Shown here: positions 28,807-41,741 of the stretch, piece by piece
Position numbering within the stretch: position 1 is the first letter of the stretch
Layout of the letters: each line of letters starts with the position of its first letter
Source of the DNA: Eledone cirrhosa
Taxonomy: Eukaryota
Length of the DNA stretch: 64,000 bases
Direction: 5' to 3'
Assembly (NCBI GenBank): GCA_964016885.1
Contig: OZ024742.1
Coordinates: 360,096,001 to 360,160,000 of the forward strand
The notes under the pieces: model-generated
What the model was told of the DNA's origin: nothing
The model's input: only the letters and a program-made list of their open reading frames with translations
The model's database searches: none
Made by a program: the position numbers and the translations under genes

Positions 28807-30076
28807 TAGAGAATAAATTCCAAACCTGGAAGCAGGGACTAGAGAGACTAGAGAATAAATTCCAAACCTGGAAGCAGGGACTAGAGAGAAAGGGCCTCAA
28901 AGTCAACATGACAAAGACTAAGGTCCTTGTAAGTAGACGAGAAAACAGAACCCAGATCCCCTCAGGGAAATGGCCTTGCTCAGTATGTAGGAAAGGTGTA
29001 GGTAGGAACTCCATTCTCTGCCCCAAATGCAAACAATGGGTACACAAGAGATGTAGCGGGATCTCAGGAAGCTTAATTAAGAATGTAGGCTTCACATTCA
29101 GCAGCTGTGCTTGGACAGCAAGCAGCAAACAGCCACAGGAAACAAGTACCACCGATCTCTGGGAGGGCCCTGTAGAAACAGTAGACAGCTTCTGCTACCT
29201 AGGTGACCGAATTAGCAACGGAGGTGGGTGCTCAGAAGGTACAATAACTAGGGTAAGAACGGGATGGAAGAAGTTTAGGGAACTACTAGCACTGCTAGCT
29301 GCAAAAGGCTTCTCCCTCAGAATGAAAGGCAGACTGTATGATGCGTGTATCCGAATAGCGATGTTGCATGGTAGTGAGACCTGGGCGCTGAAGGTGGAAG
29401 ACTTACGTAGATTAGAGAGAAACGAAGCCTGCATGCTCCGATGGATGTGTAACAGTAATATACGTGAACGACAAAGCATAAAGGAATTGAGAGAGAGACT
29501 GGGCATAAGAGGAATCAAATGCTGCGTGCAGGAGAGGCGGTTACGCTGGTATGGACATGTGATGCGTATGAAGGATGACAGCTGCATAAAAAGGTGCAGA
29601 GCACTAGAAGTTGATGGAAACCGCGGAGTGGGGAGACCCAAGATGACTTGGGATGAGGTGATAAAAAGCCGACCTTACCCAACTACACCTCTCAAAGTCA
29701 ATGACACACGACCGTGACTTCTGGCGTCACGCAGTAATACAGGGTACCCGACCTCCCATGGGTACATGCTGAAGCATATAAACAATATGCCCCCACTCCC
29801 CCCACCGCAAGGTGGTCGTGGAGGTGCCACGGCAAAAAAGCACCCAGCCCACACTGTAAAGTGGACGTGTAGGCGCCACGAAAAAGCACCCAGCACTCAC
29901 TGTAAATGAGGTTGGTGTTAGGAAGGGCATCCAGCTGGAGAAATCAAGCCAGATCAGTTCCTGTATGAGCAAGGCATGGTCAGCCGACCAGACACTGCCC
30001 ACAACAGGACAACCCGTCTAACCCATGCTAGCGTGGAAGAACGGACGTAAAACGGTGATGATGATGATGATGATGA
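28807..30076 (+). mobile_element. 5'-truncated RTE-clade LINE: RT C-terminal/thumb region with PHD-like insert, 3' UTR and (GAT)n tail
   Basis: ORF to 29717 has GLKVNMTKTKVL, VDSFCYLG, MLHGSETW, RRLRWYGHVMR and RGVGRPKMTW, typical of RTE ORF2. The 3' UTR ends AACCCATGCTAGCGTGGAAGAACGGACGTAAAACG(GTGAT)(GAT)n. The N-terminal part of the listed ORF is SINE/microsatellite read-through. Confidence 0.9.
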
Positions 30077-30080
30077 CACA

Positions 30081-30111
<31 letters not shown>

Positions 30112-30462
30112 TTACACATACATATATATACATATACACACATGTACACACATATATATATATATATATATACACACAAATGTACACATGCGTATATATA
30201 CACATGTGTATATATATATATATATACACAAATGTACACATGCGTATATATACACATATGTAGATACACACACATATACACATATAAACACATACACACA
30301 CGTATGCACATCATACAAATTCTTAAACGGATGCATATTTATGTAGGTTTGTGTATATATATATATTATATATTTATATATATATATGTGTGTGTGTGTG
30401 TGTGAGAGAGAGAGAGTGTGTGCGCGCGCGCGCACAAGTATATGTATGTATATATGCATATA

Positions 30463-31970
30463 TTTTTTTTTTTTCTAGGGCGGCTAAAATTCCCGAGATC
30501 CATGGATGAGTTCTCTCCAGCGGTCTCTGTCCCTCATTATCGCTGCCATGTCCTGCGTCTCCAACAGACCAGTGTCTGTCCTTATGGCATCAACATACGT
30601 TAACATTGGTCTTCCTCTTCCAGTGTGTCCATGTAGGGGCTCCCACAGGACCACTGTGTGCAATGTCAACTCTGGATGTCGGTGAGCATGTCCAGCTAAC
30701 CTCAGTCTCCTCTCTGTCACTTTTGAGCTGACTTTTGGGAGGCTCCCATAGAGCTCTGAGTTTTTCATCCTCAGTGTATACTGATTAATGTTCAGAGCCA
30801 TCCTCAGCATTCTTGTGTAGCACCCATCCACCATCTGAGTGAGTTTGTTGGTCAGTGTCAAAGTCTCAGACCCGTACAGCAGCACAGACTCCACTACAGC
30901 AATGAAGAGGCGGATTTTCAGGCCTTTACGAAGGTCCGACTTCCACACCGATCTCAAACTGTGGCACGCCGCCCAGGCTTTGCTCTTCCTCTCAACCACA
31001 TCATCTTCCGTATTCCCAATCTTTGCTCCCAAATACAGGAAGTCCTCAACCAATTCTAGCGGCTTCCCGCCTACATTAGTGATCCCCTCTGGCTTCTCAA
31101 CATTCTCTACCAGATATTTTGTTTTAGTCTCATTCATTCTCAGCCCCACACTCATTGACACAGTCTCAACCTCCCGCATCAAATCCTCTGCCTCCTTCAC
31201 TGTATTTGTCACCAAAACTATGTCGTCGGCAAATTCAGCATCCGATATCTTTTTCGCCTTAACTCTCCTGCTCTGAGCCGGTGCTACAGTAAAGCCAGGG
31301 TGCTGGTGTTTCTCCAGTGCAAGGCGCATACAATAGTCCACTACGATGATAAAAAGGTAGGGAGCCAATGTATCTCCCTGGAGCACTCCAGCCAGTATCT
31401 CAAAGAACTCTGTCATCCCATCAGGTTTAATGACTTGGTCTTTGGTGTTGGTGTAGAGCAGTGATATCAGGTCTACTATCTTCTTGGGGATTCCATAAGC
31501 CTGTAAGATCTTCATCAGGCAGTGACGGTCCACAGAATCAAAGGCCTTCCTAAAGTCAATGAACACCATATCTGCAGGAAGGCACTTTGCTCTAGCTCCC
31601 TCTAATATACTCCTCAGGATCAGGATGTGACTGGTGGTTGATCTTCCCTCTCTGAAGCCGTTCTGGTTGTCCCTGAGCTTCTTCTCCATCTCAGGCTGGA
31701 TCCTGTTAAGAATCATCCTGTTGAGGGTCTTTGCCACAAGTGACGTCAGTGAGAATCCCCTGTAGTTGTTGGTATTAGAGAGATGTCCCTTCTCTGGCAC
31801 TGGAACGATGTTACTGATCCTCCACTGATTCGGGGCAACTCCTTTCTCCAGTGTCTGGTTACAGAACCCCAGGATGATATCATCAAAATCACACCTCTTC
31901 ATCACTTCTGATGACACTCCATCTTCTCCATGAGCCTTGCCCTCCTTGATCTTCTTCTTGGCTCTCTGAA

Positions 31971-31971
<1 letters not shown>
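30463..31971 (-). mobile_element. 5'-truncated RTE-like LINE with reverse transcriptase domain and poly(A) tail
   Basis: ORF 30484-31917 and its upstream extension (KAHGEDGV) carry NYRGFSLTS, QNGFREGRST, FIDFRKAFDSV, GVLQGDTLAPYLF, FADD, FLYLG and LLYGSET. A T12 run at 30463-30474 lies just past the stop. The 5' end is cut at a (TA)n. Confidence 0.93.
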
Positions 31972-32006
<35 letters not shown>

Positions 32007-32075
32007 TATGAAGAGAGAAGAAACATTTAGATATAATTAGTAATAAAATGTATCATACCTAAACTGTTCCTAGAT

Positions 32076-32165
32076 TCCTCGACTACGTAGTTTCGTGGCA
32101 TAAACAAAAACAATACATCATAAAGATATAGAGTCCTTGCGAGGTCTGCCGACTTATCAAGAGGA
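32076..32165 (-). ncRNA. Type I hammerhead ribozyme, U3-A8 core variant (copy 1)
   Basis: Minus strand: TCCTC-TTGATAA-GT(C)GGCA...TGCCAC-GAAA-CTACGTAG-TC^-GAGGA. Helix I is TCCTC/GAGGA, helix II is GTGGCA/TGCCAC with one bulge, helix III is palindromic, and the cleavage triplet is GUC. Confidence 0.72.
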
Positions 32166-32668
32166 TACCTCATTTTACTAGCCTCAAGAACGCGTCTACA
32201 CGACGTGAGAAAGAATCCCAAAAGGCGGAGGGGGAGATAGTCACGCGATATAACGGTCGAGAAACAGAGCTAAGCCTCTTATAACCCCGAAGAAAATACC
32301 ACGGAGGCGGAGGGGGTATTTATATCGAAGCCGTAGAAGAGGTGGTGAAGGGGACGAGAAGTATGAGTAATGGCAGCTTTCCAGCAGTCACCACACTTCA
32401 AAGATTACTCGACCAGAGGGAGTTATGAACAATATATTTAGAAACACACAGATACATGCGGACACACACATATACATGAATGCATCCACACCCAACCGTG
32501 AGTTAATGGTGCCAACCTTACCGATGTTGCTCAATGAATGACTGGGACAGACCAATCCGGTTGAATTAGACTGGACCAGTATCAGAGTTAAAAATACATT
32601 ATGAAGAGAGAAGAAACATTTAGATATAATTAGTAATAAAATGTATCATACCTAAACTGTTCCTAGAT

Positions 32669-32758
32669 TCCTCGACTACGTAGTTTCGTGGCATAAACAA
32701 AAACAATACATCATAAAGATATAGAGTCCTTGCGAGGTCTGCCGACTTATCAAGAGGA
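32669..32758 (-). ncRNA. Type I hammerhead ribozyme, U3-A8 core variant (copy 2)
   Basis: Same sequence as 32076-32165, lying in the second direct repeat. Confidence 0.72.
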
Positions 32759-32786
32759 TACCTCATTTTACTAGCCTCAAGAACGC

Positions 32787-32878
<92 letters not shown>

Positions 32879-33052
32879 GTATATATACATATATATATGC
32901 ATACATATACACATGCATATATACATATATATATGGTCTTTAAAGCGATGAAATACCAATGAAGGTTGGAAGATCACTGATGAAGGACTAAATTTATTCA
33001 TATGTAACCCATTTGCAACCACGCAGCACGCCATGTTTTGATTCATATATAT

Positions 33053-33101
<49 letters not shown>

Positions 33102-33214
33102 ATTTGTATATGTATAATAAAGCCAAAACAATGCAGGTATGGACATAGAATAAAGAATGCAAATGCAAAAGATATTGTTGACAATTAGTCTTTTACCTTA
33201 GATTTATTTAAATG

Positions 33215-33251
33215 TCCTTAATTTTCGAGATAATATCTCTTCTTCAGAGGA
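33215..33251 (-). ncRNA. Minimal type I hammerhead ribozyme (Penelope pLTR type)
   Basis: Minus strand: TCCT-CTGAAGA-A-GAGAT(ATT)ATCTC-GAAAATTA^-AGGA. It has a canonical CUGANGA/GAAA core and a palindromic AATT in place of helix III, and lies downstream of a GIY-YIG remnant on the same strand. Confidence 0.65.
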
Positions 33252-33653
33252 AAGTAAAGCTGTTAATCCAGTGTTCTAAATAGCTTGCCAAGTCATGCTG
33301 ACAGGAAATGGTATAGAGTATCTGTTCTATCTCTAATGTCAAAGAGTTAAGATTAGGTGGATAAAGAGTAGTCTCCCTTTAAAAGGTTTCTTTGTTTTTG
33401 TTTTTTTGTATATGCCTGTTTAAGTGTGTGGGAGAATGCATGAAGGTGTAAGTATGTGAGTGTGTGTGTGTGTGAGAAGATATGTCTATACGTAAATGTG
33501 GGGGATAGATGTTATCTCGTGTTAGAATTGGTTTTGTGTGTGTATGTGTGAGAGAGAATAAGTGGAGGTGTAAGCGTGTGTGTGTGTGTGTGTATGTGCG
33601 TGCGTGTGTGCGTGTGTGTGTGGGGGGGTGTAAATATGGGGCTAGAAGCTCTA

Positions 33654-34006
33654 TCAATTTATAAATTGGGTGTTGAGTTCTAGTCTATTATTGATTGGTG
33701 GTTGTGTTTTGTCTATAATTAGTGCTTCCTTAATTCTAAGATTGCCGAGGTTTCTTTCCTTAGTTTCTATCCTAACTGTTATGGATTTGTCGGTGTTTTT
33801 GCATTTAACTAGGTGTTTCTTAAATGAGGAAGCGTTAGTATTGAGGTGTTCTTTTATTCTTATGTGGAGTGGTCTGGTGGTGCTACCTACGTAGAAGTTG
33901 TTGCATTTGTCACACTCTAGTCTGTATACGACGTAAGCCTGGTGGCATAGGTCTGTGTCGTTGATGGGGCAGTTGGCTAGTCTGCAGCAGTTGTCATGTC
34001 TGGTGG
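33654..34006 (-). mobile_element. Penelope-like element 3' fragment encoding a GIY-YIG endonuclease (ORF absent from the track because it has no start codon)
   Basis: Manual translation: [49 protein letters not shown]...FKKHLVKC...LRIKEALIIDKTQPPINNRLELNTQFIN*. It has VVY..YVG, R..EH, the catalytic E and CxxC. The element probably extends to ~33180. Confidence 0.88.
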
Positions 34007-34089
<83 letters not shown>

Positions 34090-34150
34090 CATTCATATAT
34101 ATATATACACACATTCATTTATACATACATACATTCATATATACATATAT

Positions 34151-34224
<74 letters not shown>

Positions 34225-34334
34225 CATACATACATACACACACACACGAACATATATATATATATATACAACTGAAATATACGGATGCGATGCATACGGA
34301 GTGGTTAGTATATGTCAGTACTGATGACGTTTAA

Positions 34335-34395
34335 AGAAGAAGAAGAAGGAGAAGAAGAAGAAGAAGAAGAAGAAGAAGAAGAAGAAGAAGAAGAA
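34335..34395. repeat. (GAA)n microsatellite
   Basis: Direct reading. Confidence 0.95.
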
Positions 34396-34622
34396 GGTGT
34401 GTGTGTGTGTAAGAGGGGGGGAGAAAGGTGGGGGTGTGATAGAAAGGGTGGGGTGTGATAGAAAGTATGAGAGGAGTAGAGGGAGGGGGCATCAGAAAAG
34501 AGAAAGCAAGCATTTTTCACGCCCACTCGGAAACTATTTCTGTGGGCCAAAGATCTGCAGATTGTTATTGTTATATGTATTACCTGTTTTGTTTTTTGTC
34601 GTTGATGTAACATATGTGAATA

Positions 34623-34653
<31 letters not shown>

Positions 34654-34839
34654 TATATATAGTAAAATAAAACAGGGACGAGTGGTTACTCCTTCCTTAC
34701 GTTTATTGCTTGGTGGCGCGTGTTTCACCACTGATCAGCTCAAGGTTCGATCTGTATCGATCTAGCCCGATTCCGTGAACCTAAACATCCAGTGCTCACT
34801 CGGGTAAACCTACAGTAACTCCAAGTTACACTCCCTGGA

Positions 34840-34965
<126 letters not shown>

Positions 34966-35090
34966 ATGAAAATAAAAGTTACGGGTGAAAGAGGGTAATA
35001 TCCATCGTCAGTTGTCTGCTAGGAATCATAGGTATTTCTTCGCGTTAGAGACAAGATACCTCAGCCTAGGGCGAGCAATAATATATATAT

Positions 35091-35187
35091 ATTCACGGCT
35101 CACCTGCCATTTTCGAATCTGGTTAATTACAAGAAGTACGCTAACAACAGACTAACAAGTCTTCGGATTGCCGGACTTTTGAACTGT

Positions 35188-35283
<96 letters not shown>

Positions 35284-35345
35284 GTATACAGTATGTATAC
35301 TTCCTGTAATTATCCAGATTCGAAAATGGCAGGTGAGCTGTGAAT
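35091..35345. repeat. 48-bp inverted repeats around a (TA)n tract; MITE-like
   Basis: 35091-35138 ATTCACGGCTCACCTGCCATTTTCGAATCTGGTTAATTACAAGAAGTA is the reverse complement of 35298-35345 with 3 mismatches. Both outer ends abut TA runs. Confidence 0.7.
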
Positions 35346-35483
35346 ATATATATATATATACACATACACTCATCTATATATATATCCCCACTCTCGTGAA
35401 CCTAATACTAACACTGTTTGTACTGCACTCGTCGTTATTGTTATTGTTTTTTGTTTTTAACTTATATATATACAGTATATATA

Positions 35484-36551
<1,068 letters not shown>

Positions 36552-36719
36552 GTGTGTATTAGTGCGTGTATTTCTGTGTGTATTTTTTCTAGAATTCAAA
36601 AGAGTGTTAGATATATAAAGTGAATGAGAAGTATAAGGTGAGAGCTGAATAACGTACAACATGCTGGTCTTTGTTGATATGATTCCTGAGACAACATATA
36701 TTTCAATCCATAGCAGTTA

Positions 36720-37023
36720 TAGGATAAAGTAATAAGATCCCATAACTCCTTGTAGAGTCGTAAAGGCACCGTCATACGGCGTCTCTAGGGCACCTTTTTT
36801 AAACCTGGTGGAGCCCAACCCTGTCCAGGTCTGAACACAGCCAATTTTTTTATATATAGGAAGAATCGACCCAGTACTGGACTGGTACTTTTTTTATCGC
36901 CCTCAAAAGGATGAAAGGCAGAGTTCGCCACGGTGGGATTTGAACTCAGAGAGTGCAATCAGGTGGGACGGATACCGTAAAGTATTCTATCCGCCATCTT
37001 AATGACTGTCATTTCCCAGCCTT
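36720..37023 (-). mobile_element. tRNA-derived SINE, group B (Meta-domain-like), long tail
   Basis: Reverse complement of 42659-42958. Has B-box GAGTTCAAATCC and the GCCTTTCATCCTTT..GATAAAAAAAGTACCAG core. Confidence 0.8.
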
Positions 37024-37047
37024 CGGAGCAGTTATAGCGAGGCTTAA

Positions 37048-37268
37048 CACTTTAGCATTTAAACCGGCCATATCCGACCAGAATTCTCTCGCCTCTTTCT
37101 GTTCAAACTGGCCATAACTGGCCACTCATACTGATGTTAAGGTATTGTTCTCAAAATAAATAATATCAAAATCTCATAGATTCGATATTATGTGAGATAA
37201 TTATGTGAGATGAAGTGTTTACGATGAAAATACAAGAGTAAATATAGAGTAATGTAAATGGTAAAGGG
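37048..37268. mobile_element. piggyBac-type MITE
   Basis: TTAA|CACTTTAGCATTTA ... TAAATGGTAAAGGG|TTAA: short TIRs with a TTAA duplication. Confidence 0.7.
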
Positions 37269-37499
37269 TTAAAATACTAGACTTGAATACCTTCCACCAT
37301 GGAGTCTCTCGATAGAGGAGGGTCAGCGGCTAAATAAGATTAACAACAACAGTAATAACAACAGTAACAACAACAGTAACAACAACAGCAACAACGACAG
37401 TAACAACGACATTAACAACAAAACGGTTAATCAGAACATTGCTTCTGAATCTGTTGCGACTTAAGTCTTCATGCAGCACCAATAACACCACAGTTATTT

Positions 37500-37815
37500 G
37501 TCAGCGGTAACCTGGTGCAGTCTGCGACTAACCCATACTCTGCTGCAATTTGGGTTGAGGAGGGCAAACGCTCCAAATATCGGTCACTCTCCGACAGATG
37601 TGAGGTAGTGGATTTGAGGTAGTGGAGCCCGAAGCAGTGGAGACTTCTGGTGTTCTTGGCCGTAGGACCACCTCACTACTGACCACCTTCGGCACAGAGT
37701 TAGCTACTCACAGATGTAAGCCACATGAGCTGGAATGGCTCTTCCAGTGCAACTCCCTCACCATCCCCTGGGGAAACGCCTTCTCTATTCTGTCCGCAGG
37801 GGCTGCGGGGCGGCC
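37500..37815 (+). mobile_element. CRE-like non-LTR retrotransposon 3' fragment (RLE endonuclease end)
   Basis: AVETSGVLG..LEWLFQCNSLTIPWGNAFSIL. Homologous to the copies at 47707 and 50197. Confidence 0.7.
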
Positions 37816-38230
37816 AGTGCGTGGGCTCCCGTTTGCTTATAATAGTGGGAGATGGAGTGAAACGGAGATAGTGACAGCGGGAGTTTGGTTCTTTTGTGTA
37901 TATATGTGTATGTAAGAGAGAGTGAGTCTGCCCACTATCAGCATCATTCAATTGTCAAAAGACATCTTAAGATCAAAGTACCAGTTATCTGTCAACTATT
38001 TTAATTATATAAAACCAAACACAAAAGTAAGACTTGCTTAATTTTAGCTTCGACAGTATACAGCAACCTGTCGCTCTTTCCTTGTAGAGAAGAATCGGCC
38101 GTTGTCCACTCACCTGGTCCTTTGGGTCTCTTTAGCGGAGTGCACTGTTGCAAGTATTTGGGCCAAGTCCCTGGTCTGAAAATAATTTCTATCCTTCTTC
38201 TTTCTACACTTGGAGTCCATGAAAAGTTAA

Positions 38231-38486
38231 ACAGTTTTGATAGCAAACTGCCTGAAAAGCCCCTTGTTTTATGATACAAAACTGTTTATTTTAATGTGTT
38301 TATATTTATCTAAAAACATTTCATTATAATTTTAGGTAAGAATCCTTGTTAAGTTATGTTCCAAACACCAACTCAATAATGAGAATGTTAGTTATATTAC
38401 AAAATTCCTCCAAACTCTTCAATATTTTCAACATTACTTGATAAATATAACCAGTTGATTTTATTAGAAATATGGTAATGAAAGGG
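38231..38486. mobile_element. Degenerate piggyBac-type MITE
   Basis: Right end is ATATGGTAATGAAAGGG|TTAA; the left TTAA end is decayed. An inverted homolog lies at 43060-43290. Confidence 0.45.
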
Positions 38487-38667
38487 TTAATGGGTGCTGA
38501 CCTTTCTCTTCTGGGGAAGCCTTGAAAATATCAGAACTAATAATCTTTGAGTCATACATGTGGGTCCCTATTTAATGAACTTAAATCTATCTTTCCTATG
38601 ATCTATAGAATTTACCTTTCAAATGACAGATAAATTAAATTTAGTAAACCGTATGGTGTTCAAGCGA

Positions 38668-38864
38668 AGGCACATAGTGTATAGTTAGAGCGTCAGGCTT
38701 ACAATCGGGAAGTTGTGAGTTCGATTCTCGGGTTGGGCTTTGCATTGTGTTCTTGAGCAAGACACTTTATTTTCACGTTGCTCCAGTTTACTCAGCTGTA
38801 GAAATGAGTTGTGACGTCACTGGTGCCAAGCTGTATCAGCCTTTGACTTTCCCTTGGACAACAT
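38668..38864 (+). mobile_element. SINE group A, 5' part (interrupted by the 42-bp satellite)
   Basis: GAGTTCGATTC B box and the TCTTGAGCAAGACACTTTATTTTCACGTTGCTCCAG core. Confidence 0.75.
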
Positions 38865-41740
38865 ATATAGTGTATATATAGAGTATATAGTGTATATATA
38901 GAGTATAGAGTGTATATATTGAGTATACAGGGTGTATATATAGAGTATAGAGTGTGTATATAGAGTATGCAGGATGAATATAAAGAGTATAGAGTGTGTA
39001 TATAGAGTATATAGTGTATATATAGAGTATAGACTGTATATATTGAGTATACAGGGTGTATATATATAGAGTATAGACTGTATATATTGAGTATATAGGG
39101 TGTATATATAGAGTATAGAGTGTATATATTGAGTATATAGGGTGTATATATAGAGTATAGAGTGTATATATTGAGTACACAGGGTGTATATATAGAGTAT
39201 AGACTGTATATATTGAGTACACAGGGTGTATATATAGAGTATAGAGTGTGTATATAGAGTATACAGGGTGTATATATAGAGTATAGAGTGTGTATATAGA
39301 GTATAGAGTGTGTATATAGAGTATAGAGTGTATATATTGAGTACACAGGGTTTATATATAGAGTATAGAGTGTGTATATAGAGTATATAGTGTATATATA
39401 GAGTATAGACTGTATATATTGAGTATACAGGGTGTATATATAGAGTATAGAGTGTGTATATTGAGTATACAGGGTGTATATATAGAGTATAGAGTGTGTA
39501 TATAGAGTATATAGTGTATATATAGAGTATAGACTGTATATATTGAGTATACAGGGTGTATATATATAGAGTATAGAGTGTATATATTGAGTATATAGGG
39601 TGTATATATAGAGTATAGAGTGTATATATTGAGTATATAGGGTGTATATATAGAGTATAGAGTGTATATAGTGAGTACACAGGGTGTATATATAGAGTAT
39701 AGACTGTATATATTGAGTACACAGGGTGTATATATAGAGTATAGAGTGTGTATATAGAGTATACAGGGTGTATATATAGAGTATAGAGTGTGTATATAGA
39801 GTATATAGTGTATATATAGAGTATAGACTGTATATATTGAGTATACAGGGTGTATATATATAGAGTATAGACTGTATATATTGAGTATACAGGGTGTATA
39901 TATAGAGTATAGAGTGTATATATTGAGTACACAGGGTGTATATATAGAGTATAGAGTGTATATATTGAGTATACAGGGTGTATATATAAAGTATAGAGTG
40001 TATATATTGAGTATACAGGGTGTATATATATAGAGTATAGAGTGTATATATTGAGTATACAGGGTGTATATATAGAGTATAGAGTGTATATATTGAGTAT
40101 ATAGGGTGTATATATAGAGTATAAAGTGTATATATTGAGTATACAGGGTGTATATATAAAGTATAGAGTGTATATATTGAGTATACAGGGTGTATATATA
40201 AAGTATAGAGTGTATATATTGAGTATACAGGGTGTATATATAGAGTATAGAGTGTATATATTGAGTACACAGGGTGTATATATAGAGTATACAGTGTATA
40301 TATTGAGTACACAGGGTGTATATATAGAGTATAGAGTGTATATATTGAGTATACAGGGTGTATATATAAAGTATAGAGTGTATATATTGAGTATACAGGG
40401 TGTATATATAGAGTATAGAGTGTATATATTGAGTATACAGGGTGTATATATATAGAGTGTAGAGTGTATATATTGAGTATACAGGGTGTATATATAGAGT
40501 ATAGAGTGTATATATTGAGTACACAAGGTGTATATATAGAGTATAGAGTGTATATATTGAGTATATAGGGTATATATAGAGTATAGAGTGTATATATTGA
40601 GTATACAAGGTGTATATATAGAGTATAGAGTGTATATATTGAGTATATAGGGTGTATATATAGAGTATAGAGTGTATATATTGAGTATACAGGGTGTATA
40701 TAGAGAGTATAGAGTGTATATATTGAGTACACAAGGTGTATATATAGAGTATAGAGTGTATATATTGAGTACACAGGGTGTATATATAGAGGATAGAGTG
40801 TGTATATTGAGTATACAGGGTGTATATATATAGAGTATAAAGTGTATATATTGAGTATACAGGGTATATATAGAGAGTATAGAGTGTATATATTGAGTAT
40901 ACAGGGTATATATATAGAGTATAGAGTGTATATATTGAGTATACAGGGTGTATATATAGAGTATAGAGTGTATATATTGAGTATATAGGGTGTATATATA
41001 GAGTATAGAGTGTATATATTGAGTACACAGGGTGTATATATAGAGGATAGAGTGTGTATATTGAGTATACAGGGTGTATATATATAGAGTATAAAGTGTA
41101 TATATTGAGTATACAGGGTGTATATATAAAGTATAGAGTGTATATATTGAGTATACAGGGTGTATATATAGAGTATAGAGTGTATATATTGAGTATACAG
41201 GGTGTATATATAGAGGATAGAGTGTATATATTGAGTAAACAGGGTGTATATATAGAGTATAGAGTGTATATATTGAGTATACAGAGTATATATAGAGAGT
41301 ATAGAGTGTATATATTGAGTATACAGGGTATATATATAGAGTATAGAGTGTATATATTGAGTATACAGGGTGTATATATAGAGTATAGAGTGTATATATT
41401 GAGTATATAGGGTGTATATATAGAGTATAGAGTGTATATATTGAGTATACAGGATGTATATATAGAGTATAGAGTGTATATATTGAGTATACAGGGTGTA
41501 TATATAGAGTATAGAGAGTATATATTGAGTATATAGGGTATATATAGAGTATAGAGTGTATATATTGAGTATATAGGGTGTATATATAGAGTATAGAGTG
41601 TATATATTGAGTATATAGGGTGTATATATAGAGTATAGAGTGTATATATTGAGTATACAGGGTGTATATATTGAGTATATAAGGTGTATATATAGAGTAT
41701 AGACTGTATATATTGAGTATACAGGGTGTATATATAGAGT
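38865..41740. repeat. 42-bp AT-rich minisatellite (dimer of ~20 and ~22 bp subunits)
   Basis: Unit GAGTATAGAGTGTATATATTGAGTATACAGGGTGTATATATA. Confidence 0.97.
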
Positions 41741-41741
41741 A

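Larger units (their letters stand above)
32001..32791 (-). mobile_element. Non-coding element with 198-bp direct repeats carrying hammerheads (retrozyme-like or Penelope pLTR-like)
   Basis: 32001-32198 and 32594-32791 appear identical (offset 593). Both ends abut (TA)n. No convincing ORF lies inside. Confidence 0.8.

Noticed and set aside
34660-34838. Additional hammerhead near GAAACACGCG; also CTGATGA..GAAAC at ~46291
   Set aside because: Could not form convincing helices I and II around a valid core.
38114-38251. 138-bp in-frame exon using the outer acceptor
   Set aside because: The outer acceptor lies in the decayed end of a piggyBac-type MITE.
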